Below are positions 48,001-57,051 of a DNA stretch of 64,000 nt, piece after piece. The notes below the pieces were generated by a model. It searched no databases. It was not told where the DNA came from and saw only the letters and a list, made by a program, of their open reading frames with translations. The stretch is from IMG/VR virus record IMGVR_UViG_2830161386_000001, positions 1 to 64,000 of that record, one strand, 5' to 3'. The DNA comes from a virus (taxonomy: Duplodnaviria; Caudoviricetes). Position 1 is the stretch's first letter; each line of letters begins with the position of its first letter. Both the position numbers and the translations under genes were made by a program.

Positions 48001-49592
48001 TCGACGGCCAGCTTGTACCCGACGGTCATTGACTGCTTCGTCTCGCTTCGGGTGCGGGACTGCGGCGTGATTTCGATCCGGAGGTTGACCTCCTGCTCCT
48101 GGATTCGCTTTAGCTCCTCCCGGATCCGGTCGATGTACCGGTCGAGGTCCTCCTGGTTGACCTTTGGCTCCCCCCGCTGATCGACCTCGATGTTGTTGAA
48201 CGGGTTTGCCGGGATCGTGTCGCCGTCCTCTTCGGTGGCCGGCTCGACCTGCTCGCCGGAGAGGTCAATGGAGGCGGGGGCCCGCGGGGCGATCAGCTCC
48301 GGAATTTCGACGCTGTGGGTCGTGGTGGCGCGGGCGTCTTGGCTTTTGCTTTGAATAATGACGTTCCACGCGCCGGGCTCAAGGCTCAGCTGCCCGACCG
48401 GCGCCCGCGAGTCGCTCTCGACGGCGAAGTCCTTGCTTCCCTTTCCTTTGCGGAACCACTTGAGGCTCGGCTCCGCGACGACTTGAAACTCCTCGGCCCC
48501 GTTTGTAATCGCGGCGTTCGGGTCCTCGGTCGCGCTGCTTTCAATCTCTGTCTTCAAGGAAACGGTGTTGGGCCCGGGGAACCCTTCGATCGGATAGAGG
48601 TCCCCGTCAAACCGGAGCTGAAGCGGCACGTCCGGGCTTTGGTAATTGATGGACCCGAAGTTCTGCTCGGTGCGGATCTCCACGCTTTTCGGGCCGGTCT
48701 TTGTCGCCAAAACCCCGTAGAGGTTCCACTCCACCTCTACAACCCGCGCCGGGTCCGGCCGGATCTCCAGCTCCGCGTCGATTGTGTTCATGTCCCGCAG
48801 GGTTTTCCGGACGGCCGGCTCGTTTCGGGTCCGGACAAAGACCGGCTCAGCCGCCTCTTTCAGCCGGGTCACGACCCGCTCGCCGTTTAGCATCTGGTCG
48901 TCAAACAGGGCGTGGATGTCCTCGACGATGCCGTCTCGGCCAAACACTTCCTCGACGTCGCCGACCAGGGCCGGGTCCACCATTTTCTCCCGGAGCGTCT
49001 GGTCGGCCCGGAGGCGGGCGGCGTGGCTCGCCCGCACGTCCTCAACGTACGGCTCTCCGAGCCCGCTTGGCGTCACGCGGCCGACCGGCACGCCCTCTTC
49101 GATGGCCGGGGCCGACTCCGTTAGGATAAGCCTGTATCCGGGGACGACTCGAAGCTCGACCTCTCCGTTTCCGTAGGGCACAATGTCAACGGGGGTGTCT
49201 CGCGTCTCCTCGTACATCAAGCTGAGGTAGGCGTCCTCGCTTGTAGAAAAAAGCGGCTCAGACCACTCTCCGTCCTTGCGGATCCGGACCTCACCGCCGC
49301 TTTGAAACCGCTCGCGGTCTACCACGAGAGAGGTGGTCGACTGGACGCGCACGACGCCCTTGCCAACGACGGCAAAGCCGGGGCGCACCGCGAGCTCGAC
49401 GCCGCTATCGACGTTGGCCTCGCTGGCCTGTGGCTCTAGCTCGTCGGTATGCGGGGCCGTCACGCCTCTTTTTTCAAAAAGCGCGTCGGCAAGGGCTTGC
49501 AGGTTTTCGTTGGCGTACCGCTGGCTGAGCTCGGCAATCTCGTACGGGTGGCCCATGACCACCCCGTCTTCAATGTTTAGCTTTTTTATCAT
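45093..49592 (-). CDS. large virion structural protein (1499 aa)
   Basis: Long beta-rich ORF in the tail region; shares a domain with the neighbouring gene. Confidence 0.65.
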   Translation of the reverse strand: MIKKLNIEDGVVMGHPYEIAELSQRYANENLQALADALFEKRGVTAPHTDELEPQASEANVDSGVELAVRPGFAVVGKGVVRVQSTTSLVVDRERFQSGGEVRIRKDGEWSEPLFSTSEDAYLSLMYEETRDTPVDIVPYGNGEVELRVVPGYRLILTESAPAIEEGVPVGRVTPSGLGEPYVEDVRASHAARLRADQTLREKMVDPALVGDVEEVFGRDGIVEDIHALFDDQMLNGERVVTRLKEAAEPVFVRTRNEPAVRKTLRDMNTIDAELEIRPDPARVVEVEWNLYGVLATKTGPKSVEIRTEQNFGSINYQSPDVPLQLRFDGDLYPIEGFPGPNTVSLKTEIESSATEDPNAAITNGAEEFQVVAEPSLKWFRKGKGSKDFAVESDSRAPVGQLSLEPGAWNVIIQSKSQDARATTTHSVEIPELIAPRAPASIDLSGEQVEPATEEDGDTIPANPFNNIEVDQRGEPKVNQEDLDRYIDRIREELKRIQEQEVNLRIEITPQSRTRSETKQSMTVGYKLAVEMLTGEGWQTERETVVYRSTTELMRELTWIDLMSDRYRGSVSEKQDLTNLSHNMGRLDVTTDSDRPLKENDVVHVASDSNAENNGYWRYEPKMRADQASSLTDENGDPIQTFPYSDNEGYWIQVDVSRGSFQGDTMNVNLNGIKGGTDYRVTVQPVGEDGQNGEKTTLRTKELRDKFNAQLGFDLHRAINDIYSGYQEMMETIDPETFNEYLENRLNEIRKIIDQASLYGTPPKVSGPFDVPRQPGVTRFSGRNLGSVQKVFMRYTPPGESDENSTREEITEEANFKVLVGQGDPQVAIKNLPNIEQLSKEEAPVVTLEFNAGARGSDFFAVRYEQSQPSVVGPNVLSFKEERVSSITESTTYGNTASYWRYDSRVGEAQEPTPYGPFPKRWPKKESSDAKSGIFEEPWAAASDEALDGYGLDANFEMASDPSAPQHPVEETEEVRALQLRAKKMVPSDVLDIRIRRLPEERLVPQIAYKGASRFGNQVGDPYYYALQHTNNGVEVLVPSRATNLWIETSFAIEYVFYPSSLAGGDLHDGKGLVLKNRGRFESAPPVGGASVGDYYYNGAENQPYVCDLNESGAKAWMKSETIEFGRHTFTVQSDPQSQSRVDRIESRFIVDAAADGNEADLAGAPPELGYNTPPDSARRKPPFSRGLVEGADLDVQAPIEATGESGDNYIFDEWRRRANTFEKNRSSLPPNTQAISGERREPAAGPGGTHIQGRTQVKDSGSGSVVYVARYKKARDFSGNGDGALTVDRYVTGETDNERVVVSHGGTEYLVDQSGSVSVPAGTDLTATGIVMSREVEIGGSVYPVIRVTSIGEAAQKNVEITGPSQVIVHRDESLTINYEVNKGSIDSKNIGWVGGTTLPITNKTVVPGTSTTQVSVTVDWSNLFGDTTELERLRPDDEIGRTEYEGPLYRENDVFDYESPSVRVKTLRLRVTVTVGGVSDTDHTSVQVTPRVDTPYQ
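45622..45635. repeat. palindrome, copy 6 (14-bp core, inside a CDS)
   Basis: GTCCCAGCTGGGAC(T), encoding VPAGT. Confidence 0.85.
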
Positions 49593-49625
49593 CGGTAGGT
49601 TAGGTTAAGTGTGGCGCGCCTGCCA

Positions 49626-49670
49626 AGAGCTAAAAATCAGAGAGCTAAAAATCAGAGAGCTAAAAATTAG
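49626..49670. repeat. 15-bp tandem repeat x3
   Basis: AGAGCTAAAAATCAG twice plus AGAGCTAAAAATTAG, spanning a stop codon. Confidence 0.9.
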
Positions 49671-52600
49671 AGAGGTCAACTTCCTTTGTCGTCGTGTTCA
49701 CGGCGCCGGAGCTGTCTTTCACCCCGAGCCGAACGGTAAATTTCGTGCTCCGGCTCCCCCGCGACCCGCTTCGAAAGCGGTTGAACGTTTTGGTTTTTTG
49801 GGCAGCGTCCTTGTTGTATTCGGTATTCCATTTGCCGTCGTTGATCCAGTCCCACCGGTACTTCAGGTCGTCACCGTCGGGGTGGGAGCTTTCCGATGCG
49901 TCAAATTTAATTGTAGAGCGCTCCCGCCCGTCTCGGTTCCGGTTGATTGTGGTCGACACGCTGGCGGTCGGGAAGGTTACGTCGGTGGTCTCGCTGTATA
50001 CGTCCCGGTCGGCCTCCGGCACCTCCGGATTTGTGGTGCGGCCCTCAAACGTGACGGTTTTCGTGCCCCCGCTATTGACGGCCCGCTCAAAGACGCTTAC
50101 GCTTTGCCACCCGGTAAAGCCGTTTCCGTCGTGCCAGTCAACGCGAAACTCCCATTTGTACCCCTCGGGGGAGAAGTTCGCCCCCGGGGTTACGACCCGG
50201 ATCTTCTGGCCGGGCGTCAAAATATCGGGGGCTTTTCCGGGGGACTCCTCTCCTCCGTTTTCGCTTACGAGAAGCGTGTTTGCCGTATCGGTGTCGACCG
50301 AATCGTTTTCGTCTCGGGCCTCCGCCTCGACGCGAACCTCGTTGATCGTGACGTTTTCATTTTCGCTTGGCGGGCGGTTTAGGTCCCGCTGCGGGCCGCC
50401 CCACGCGGTCCACTCCCCAAAATCGCGCTCCCCGTTTGCAACCCGAAAGCGGTACTCAAGCCCTCCGCTTGCGGTGGTGGAGCTTCCGGAGGCGTCGACG
50501 CTGAGGGTGCTCGTGCTTGCGGTATAGTAAAACGAGGATATTGTGGCGGTAACGAAGGACACCGACACGCCTACGTTGGTCGTCGCCCCCAGGGCAGTTT
50601 GCGCCTCGACGTTAATGGGCTGGGAGGCGCTGGTGTCGCTGTAGTTATAAGAAATCTCTTTGCTGGTTGTCGGCCCGGCGTCCAAGGACCCGTCGCCGGT
50701 CCAGTCGACCGAGTAGCTGAACTCGACGCCCTCGACGTCGGGCGGGTCGATTTGCAGGGTCGCGACGCTTCCCCGGGCTTTCACCGACGCGTTCGCGTCG
50801 TCGAAATTCGGAAAGTAGATTTCCTTGGTGCCCTCGTCTTTCGCCTCCCGGCCGTCCCGGACCTCCAGGGCTACCTGGTAGAACCGCCCTGGCGTGCCGT
50901 CGGGCAAGGAAAACTGCTTTTCGGCCGTGGGGCTCTCCTTCCAGCTTAGCTTCGCCCAACCGCTTGTAAGCTCTCCGTCGAGCCCGACCGGCGGGGTGCC
51001 TTCTGGCACGCTTGTCGTGGTCTTGTAGATCGTCTCTGTTTCCGGGTAGTACACCCGCGCCCCGCTCTCGTAGCCGGAGCTGCTTGACCAGGTCTGAAAG
51101 GCCATCCGGTACTCCAGGGGGAACGACGGGTTGCGGACGCTTTCCGACCCGTCTAGCGTGGCGGTTTTGTCCTCGAACGTAACCCGCGGAATTGCCTTCG
51201 GCAAAATAATTGTGTCGGTCGCCTCGTCGGTCGCGTCGACCTCGTCGACCGCCTGAACGCGAATGGTCTTCGTGCCGCCGTCTTCAAAAACGTGTTCGAT
51301 GGTCTCCTGCTCTCCAAGGGCCGTGTTCCAGGCCCCGTCCTCGCTCCAGTCGAACCGGTAGCGGTTGTCCAGCCCGTTGGGGTGACCGCTCTCCGAGGCG
51401 CTGATCTGGACCCGCTTTCCGCCGAGGGCCTCGGTCTTGAGGCGGGCGTTGGGGGCCTTAAATTCCTCAAGCGGGACCTCCTCGGGGCTTTTCTTCTCGA
51501 CGATGGACTCGGCCTCCCCCTCCAAGGGGTCGATTTTGCTGTCGGCCTTGTCGTAAAACCGGACGATGTCTTTGCTGGCCGGCTTGGCAGACTGCTCGGC
51601 AAGGGTCGAAAACCGCTCCCCCAGATTGGGGTGCGCTTCAAACCCTCCTCCCGACGGCTGGGCCGGCTGGTCGGTTTCTGCGGTGTGGACCGACCGCCCC
51701 ATCTCGTCGATAAAGGAGATCTCGATGCGCCGTTTGTGCGAGGAGGAGTACCGCCCGAGATCCACGATGCCGGACTTCACGTCTGAGTCCGGGTCGCTTT
51801 GAAGCATCCACCGCAGGGTCGCGGCCGAAAACGGCCGGAAGGTCGGCTCGTTGTAGCGCCACTCCCCGCTCGACCGGGTGGCCACGCGGTGGCGAAGCCC
51901 CAGAAGCACGGCGTCGCTGTCGGGGTGGGGCACCTCCACGTTTGCCACGAGCGTGTTCATCGTGCGGTTGAGGCCCCGCTCGGTGCCGGGGTTCCCGACC
52001 GGGGACCCGTCGCGGTACCCGGTGCCTTTGACCCGCCCGGTGTCTGGGCGAGAAACGGTCACCTCCAGGCTGTCGGACTGGCGGGCGGACTGGTCCTGGC
52101 GCCGGGCCTTGACCACGATTTCGTGCGGGCCGGGCATCGCCTCTGCGCTCAGCACCGGGGTCGGCCGCCCGGTCGTCGTGTTTTCCGCCCGGTCTTTCGC
52201 CCGCTCCCTGCTTCCGGACTCCGGGTCCGAGATCATAAGCAGCCGAGAGGCGCCGTTGTAAATGGCCCCGTTTTGCGGGCCGCTAAAGCGAAGGTCCGTC
52301 CCCAGCTCCAAGACGCTTCCCTCGATGTCGACAATGGGGTAGTCGGTTCCGTCGACGTCGAGATAGTAGGTGTGAGCGCCGACCGCCTCCCGAAGGGCCT
52401 CCACCGCCGTCTGGTCGGAGTCTCCCCCTTGCGGGCCTGCAACACGCTTGACGCGGACGCTGCGCCGCCCCGACGGGGTGACGTACACGCCGGGCCACCC
52501 GACCGTCACAATGAGGCGGGCCTTCGGCGCCGGGCGGATTTCGGGCCGCTCGTTTCCCTCCTCGATCAGCCCCTCCAAGCGCTCGCGGATGGCCGGTTCC

Positions 52601-52827
52601 GTGGCGTAACGAACCGCGCCGATCGGGGCCATCTCCTGGTCGACGGTTTGAACTTCCCTGCCGCCGAGCTTGCCCTCGCTGAAAAGAAGATCGATCTCCT
52701 GCGGGAGCGACCCGCGGTCGAAGGCCCGCTCGACCCGCTCGACGAGCCCCGGGTTGATGATTCGGGGCCGCAGGTGATGCAAGCGCGGGCGGGGCGCGGC
52801 GGGCTGTCGGAGGTTTTGGGTCGGCAT
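49660..52827 (-). CDS. virion protein with multiple PKD/Ig-like domains
   Basis: Repeated DASESS.P....YRWDW..DG and YRFDW..DG motifs. Confidence 0.75.
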   Translation of the reverse strand: MPTQNLRQPAAPRPRLHHLRPRIINPGLVERVERAFDRGSLPQEIDLLFSEGKLGGREVQTVDQEMAPIGAVRYATEPAIRERLEGLIEEGNERPEIRPAPKARLIVTVGWPGVYVTPSGRRSVRVKRVAGPQGGDSDQTAVEALREAVGAHTYYLDVDGTDYPIVDIEGSVLELGTDLRFSGPQNGAIYNGASRLLMISDPESGSRERAKDRAENTTTGRPTPVLSAEAMPGPHEIVVKARRQDQSARQSDSLEVTVSRPDTGRVKGTGYRDGSPVGNPGTERGLNRTMNTLVANVEVPHPDSDAVLLGLRHRVATRSSGEWRYNEPTFRPFSAATLRWMLQSDPDSDVKSGIVDLGRYSSSHKRRIEISFIDEMGRSVHTAETDQPAQPSGGGFEAHPNLGERFSTLAEQSAKPASKDIVRFYDKADSKIDPLEGEAESIVEKKSPEEVPLEEFKAPNARLKTEALGGKRVQISASESGHPNGLDNRYRFDWSEDGAWNTALGEQETIEHVFEDGGTKTIRVQAVDEVDATDEATDTIILPKAIPRVTFEDKTATLDGSESVRNPSFPLEYRMAFQTWSSSSGYESGARVYYPETETIYKTTTSVPEGTPPVGLDGELTSGWAKLSWKESPTAEKQFSLPDGTPGRFYQVALEVRDGREAKDEGTKEIYFPNFDDANASVKARGSVATLQIDPPDVEGVEFSYSVDWTGDGSLDAGPTTSKEISYNYSDTSASQPINVEAQTALGATTNVGVSVSFVTATISSFYYTASTSTLSVDASGSSTTASGGLEYRFRVANGERDFGEWTAWGGPQRDLNRPPSENENVTINEVRVEAEARDENDSVDTDTANTLLVSENGGEESPGKAPDILTPGQKIRVVTPGANFSPEGYKWEFRVDWHDGNGFTGWQSVSVFERAVNSGGTKTVTFEGRTTNPEVPEADRDVYSETTDVTFPTASVSTTINRNRDGRERSTIKFDASESSHPDGDDLKYRWDWINDGKWNTEYNKDAAQKTKTFNRFRSGSRGSRSTKFTVRLGVKDSSGAVNTTTKEVDLSNF

Positions 52828-52967
52828 GCGCCGATGCGGTTTAGCAGGCCGCCCGTCCGGGCAGCCGGGAACAACACGTTAACAAACTAACGGGCCGGGC
52901 GCGGGCCGTTGACGCCCAGCGGTCTTTCGGCCTTCTTTTTGGCCGCAGGATTTGCGGCCCTGTCGAC

Positions 52968-53007
52968 AAAAAAAAGACCCCACCCCCTTTAGAGAGGGGC
53001 GGGGCCT
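52968..53007 (-). terminator. intrinsic terminator
   Basis: A8 run plus the stem GACCCCACCCC/GGGGCGGGGCC. Confidence 0.55.
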
Positions 53008-53014
53008 AGGCGCC

Positions 53015-53030
53015 AGTCCCAGCTGGGACT
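53015..53030. repeat. 16-bp palindrome, copy 7
   Basis: Exact copy; 53009-53036 is the exact reverse complement of 4751-4778. Confidence 0.95.
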
Positions 53031-53039
53031 CAGCTGAGC

Positions 53040-53840
53040 TTAAGCCTGCGCCGCTTCGGCGGGCTCGTCCGCCTCGCCGTTCTCTGCGGCATCCGACGTC
53101 TGATCCTCTTCATCTTCTTGGAGGGCGGCAATCGTCTCCTCCGCCGCCTCAATAACCTGGTCGCGGCTTTCGTTTTGGATGATTGCCCTCACGAGAGAGG
53201 GCCGGGCGTTTTCGAGGCCCTGAACACTGACGATTATACTTCTCGCCACAGACTCGTCCAGAGCGCGGCTCCGAATATCCCAAAGCTCGGGAATCTCTCT
53301 CAAGTCGCCAATCCGAGACATAATCGCGTTCTCCAGCGACTGGATTGGCTCGTACCCACTGCCCAGCTCATCGACGTCTTCAACGCCGACCGCGTCGGCG
53401 ATTTGCTCCATCGCCAATCGGGTTTTTCTCTGCTCTCTTCGAAGAATGCGCTGGGCTTCCTCCGAGTCTACCTCATCCTGCACGTACGGCAGGTCAATTT
53501 CGACCTGCTCTTTCGGACGCATAATCCCGTGCAGCTTCTTGCCAGCAGCGGTGCCGCCGGTTATACCCGCAGCAAGGCACAGCCCTTCGACAGTGTCGTC
53601 GCTCAGGCCTTCGGTGGCAGCGTCAAGCTGCCCCAATATTACGTTTTCGGAGCCCTTGCTCTGAAGGGCATCTCGCAGAGCTAAACCTGCTCCTGCGCCG
53701 AACAAGGTTGAGCCGAGGAACGTGGCGTGTGCTGAATAGCGCCGTACTGTCCGGCGGAATTCTTCTTGGTCGTCAGGGGTAAGAAAATTCTTCGTTGAGT
53801 TCCAGGCGTTCTGAATTGAATTTAGCATGGTAGGCACCAT
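53040..53840 (-). CDS. hypothetical protein with two Gly-rich hydrophobic helices
   Basis: FLGSTLFGAGAGLAL and GLCLAAGITGGTAAG; visibly lower GC than neighbouring genes. Confidence 0.7.
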   Translation of the reverse strand: MVPTMLNSIQNAWNSTKNFLTPDDQEEFRRTVRRYSAHATFLGSTLFGAGAGLALRDALQSKGSENVILGQLDAATEGLSDDTVEGLCLAAGITGGTAAGKKLHGIMRPKEQVEIDLPYVQDEVDSEEAQRILRREQRKTRLAMEQIADAVGVEDVDELGSGYEPIQSLENAIMSRIGDLREIPELWDIRSRALDESVARSIIVSVQGLENARPSLVRAIIQNESRDQVIEAAEETIAALQEDEEDQTSDAAENGEADEPAEAAQA

Positions 53841-53895
53841 GGCTCTTTATTTATGTAGAGTGAAAGCAACAGACACACACCGCCCGTTGCATAAC

Positions 53896-53924
53896 TATGG
53901 TGCCGACTTGCCTGCTATATTTGC
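53896..53924 (-). promoter_or_regulatory. conserved 29-bp promoter-like motif, copy 4
   Basis: Minus strand reads GCAA-atatagcaggcaagtcg-GCACCATA. Confidence 0.7.
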
Positions 53925-53929
53925 ACGGT

Positions 53930-54664
53930 TTACCGGAGGCGGCTGGGCACCCCCATCGTACGGTGGGTTTTGGAAGGTAGACCTGTTTCTTGCGCGCCGT
54001 TTTGTTTTGGGGCTTGGCCTCCTTTGGAGCGGCCGTTTTCTTTTGCGGCGCATTCTGCAATTCCGCTTCCCGCAGCCCCGTCTCCCAAAGGCGGAAGGTC
54101 GTGCTCGTTTACCGACCCGCGAGCGAGAGCGCGGAGAAATGACGCGTTGGCGTCACCTTTCATGAGATAGGCCTGGACCATCCCCTCGATGGTCTGCTCG
54201 ATCTGGTCGACTATTGTGCGCTCCAAGGCGTCGTTTTCCGGAACCAGCGCCTCGATCTGCCGCTGAAGCGGGGCAAGCTGGAGGTGGCACATCTCGTGCA
54301 GAAGCGCCTCCGTGCGCCTCGGTCGCGAGAGGCCTGCCGCCGGCGGAGCGGCCCAAATGACCGCCCGGCGGTACCGGGTAATTGGGCGGCACTCAAACGG
54401 GCGCTCCACCCCCAGCTCCGGGTCTTCGGTCGGCGCCTCGCGCCAAGAGATAAGCAGCTCGGTGCACCAGTGGGGGATGATGTTGATGTGCTTCCGGATC
54501 ACCGGGCGGATCTGCCGAAGCAGAAATGGAGGGATGTCTTCTTCAAACCCGACCTTTCGCTGGCCGTTTGTCGCCGGGTCTTGGCCGTGAGAACTGAGCT
54601 TCCGGAACATCTCTCCGCACTGGCTAAAGCCGTAAAACTCCATTGGCCGACTAAATTGGTGCAC
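53930..54664 (-). CDS. HExxH-containing protein (zincin-like)
   Basis: EALLHEMCHL motif; start uncertain. Confidence 0.5.
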   Translation of the reverse strand: MHQFSRPMEFYGFSQCGEMFRKLSSHGQDPATNGQRKVGFEEDIPPFLLRQIRPVIRKHINIIPHWCTELLISWREAPTEDPELGVERPFECRPITRYRRAVIWAAPPAAGLSRPRRTEALLHEMCHLQLAPLQRQIEALVPENDALERTIVDQIEQTIEGMVQAYLMKGDANASFLRALARGSVNEHDLPPLGDGAAGSGIAECAAKENGRSKGGQAPKQNGAQETGLPSKTHRTMGVPSRLR

Positions 54665-54769
54665 TTAAAGACAAGCAAAGTAGCGAACGGGCTTCTTTTA
54701 GACCAGCTTTATAGAAATGTTTTTGTCTATCGCCCAAATAAAAAGTGAATGCTGAACTTATTCGTTACT

Positions 54770-55798
54770 TCATGCCACGTGCCGAAAAAGAAGCGCCCGC
54801 CCGCTTTCCGGCGGGGTCGGGCTCGCCCAGATCCTTGTTTTGTAGGCCCGCTCGACAAGGCGGGATTGGGAGCGGTCCCGGCCCGCGTAGATTGCCCGCT
54901 CTTTCGACCCGGACGCAAACCGCGTCGCGTACGCCGTGAGGCGCCCCGCCGACAGGCTCGCCCGAAACGCCGTTGGCGACTGCAAAACAAGAGCCTGGCC
55001 GTCCTCGCTCGTGCCCCGCCCGCTGGTCACGTGCACAAACGCGGTTCCGTCTGGAAGGGGGACAGCGCCTCCTGCAAAGCCGTGCCGTTTCCGGGTTACA
55101 ACCGGCCGGGCAACCATGCTGGTGCCACCGAGGCCGATCTCCAGGTTGGGGCCCTCGTCCTGGTAGCCAATTCGCCCGCTTGGGGCGAGCACGACGCGCC
55201 AGGGGCTCCACCCGCTTCCGCTTACAGGCTGATCCCCGCTTGCCCACGTCGTTTTTTGGTCCCCGCTCCCCGTCGTTAGCGCGGCGGAGACGGTCCCGCT
55301 TCCTTTCGCGGCCCCGAACACGACCAGCGCCGCGTCGCTTCGAACCGACTCTGTAGAGAGAGGGGCCTTCACTTCATTGGAGGCGACATAGTACTCCGCC
55401 GTTACGCTCGCCTGCGTCTCTGTTTTCACGTTAGACACCGACACGTCTCTCCCGCTCTGGTAGGGGTAAGGCCACCGGTTTGCCCGCAGAAACGCCCCGA
55501 CGCGGGGGTTCTTGCGGGCAGGGGGGGCTTGGCCTATTGGCTCGACGCGCCCGTTTCGGTAGGCCTTATACGCGTGCTCTGGGCCGGAGAGCTCGACGTA
55601 CTCTTTTTCGGATACTCCGGTGCTTCCGGCCGAAAACGGGCCGCCCGCGGCCATGAGGTCCTCCCCGCTGCCTGGAACGCGCCCGGACACCGACGCCCCG
55701 ACCAAATCGGCCCGCGCCTCCGTCAGGCGAAGGAGCCCGGGAAGCTCCGCGCCATTGAAAATAATGTCTTCTTCTGGCTTCTCGAACTGTCGGATCAT
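54770..55798 (-). CDS. hypothetical tail-region protein
   Basis: 342 aa; start overlaps the upstream stop codon (ATGA). Confidence 0.6.
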   Translation of the reverse strand: MIRQFEKPEEDIIFNGAELPGLLRLTEARADLVGASVSGRVPGSGEDLMAAGGPFSAGSTGVSEKEYVELSGPEHAYKAYRNGRVEPIGQAPPARKNPRVGAFLRANRWPYPYQSGRDVSVSNVKTETQASVTAEYYVASNEVKAPLSTESVRSDAALVVFGAAKGSGTVSAALTTGSGDQKTTWASGDQPVSGSGWSPWRVVLAPSGRIGYQDEGPNLEIGLGGTSMVARPVVTRKRHGFAGGAVPLPDGTAFVHVTSGRGTSEDGQALVLQSPTAFRASLSAGRLTAYATRFASGSKERAIYAGRDRSQSRLVERAYKTRIWASPTPPESGRALLFRHVA

Positions 55799-57036
55799 GA
55801 GGCGGATTGCATCGAAATGGTAGCCGGCGCGCCCGGCGGCAGGGACCGCTTAATTTCCTCTCGGATGCGGCGTTTCGGGGCGCCGCGCTCGTAGGGACTG
55901 TCTAGCTGAATCGACCAGTTTTTCGCGCCGGTGGCCCGCCCCTCTACAGGCACGAGGTAGGCGACGTCCTCCCCGCCCATCGGCGGGACCTCCCCGACGA
56001 CCGACGTTACCGTGCCCGGCGACTCGACCCGAAGGGTGCGGTCGAAGTCTTGGGTCAAAACGCGGAGCTCCGCCACTTGGCCGGCGGAAAGCCCAGGCGG
56101 GTCGTGAAACTGGATTTCGTTGTCGGCGGGAACCGTATCTTTGACCTCGACTGGCGCCCCCGCCGAGCGGCCGCTTCCGCCGGGGGAGCCGACCGACGCC
56201 TCCGTAATGCAAAGCGGCTCGAAGCGCTCGACCGACGTGCCGGGCGCTTTGAGCGGGAGGGACCCCATTACGCTCAGGTCTTCTTCGACCACCGAATAGG
56301 CCCCGCCCAGCGACGCGTCCTCCGGCACAAAAGAGCCGTACTCGGTTCCGCCCTCATCTTCGATTACCGCAAGCCCCACGCCGCCTTTCCGGCGGTAATC
56401 GGTAATTATCCCGCCCCCGTAGGCAAAGGGGACGCCCAAAAGCGCCTGCCCAAGGCGAAGAATTGTCTTCGGGCGCGCCCCCTCTTGGCGGGCCTTCTCG
56501 ACAAGTTCGGTCACGTAGCTGAGGTGCGGCGGCGGGTACTTTGGGAAGTGCTCGGCCCGAAGCCCGTGGGACTGGCTTAGGTGGTTTTCCACGTAGGGGT
56601 TCGCGAAGCGCATCTCGACAACCCAGGCGCCCCCGTCGTACCCAGTGTAGTTCCCAATTGGGTTTAGCGTGCCGCCGTCGCTGTCGTACTGAAACGGAAT
56701 CTGCCCGCCCTCGACGGTTTCTTGCACGGAAACGACCCGGTAGGGCGCGGGGGTTAGGTCTGCCTCCCCGCCGGAAAAGTCCACCCGGACCCAGGACTCG
56801 GAAAAGAAGGGAATCGCCTCCCCGGGCGTAAGCGACGAGAAAAGCGTAGAGAGGCGAAGAGTCGCGTCGATGCCCAATACCTTGACTCCTTCCCGGATGG
56901 CCTCCAGGCGGCGCAGTGTTTCCTCGGTTGCGGCCTGCTGGTAGGCGTCCGACACGATCGAGCCGGTATCGATGCCGTCCCCCCGGACTTGCCGAAGGCG
57001 GCGGTCTTCGTCCAAGACGTGAAGCTGTGCAGACAT
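55795..57036 (-). CDS. putative baseplate/tail structural protein
   Basis: 413-aa ORF downstream of the tail chaperone genes. Confidence 0.55.
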   Translation of the reverse strand: MSAQLHVLDEDRRLRQVRGDGIDTGSIVSDAYQQAATEETLRRLEAIREGVKVLGIDATLRLSTLFSSLTPGEAIPFFSESWVRVDFSGGEADLTPAPYRVVSVQETVEGGQIPFQYDSDGGTLNPIGNYTGYDGGAWVVEMRFANPYVENHLSQSHGLRAEHFPKYPPPHLSYVTELVEKARQEGARPKTILRLGQALLGVPFAYGGGIITDYRRKGGVGLAVIEDEGGTEYGSFVPEDASLGGAYSVVEEDLSVMGSLPLKAPGTSVERFEPLCITEASVGSPGGSGRSAGAPVEVKDTVPADNEIQFHDPPGLSAGQVAELRVLTQDFDRTLRVESPGTVTSVVGEVPPMGGEDVAYLVPVEGRATGAKNWSIQLDSPYERGAPKRRIREEIKRSLPPGAPATISMQSAS

Positions 57037-57051
57037 AAAGGCCCTTCGGTG

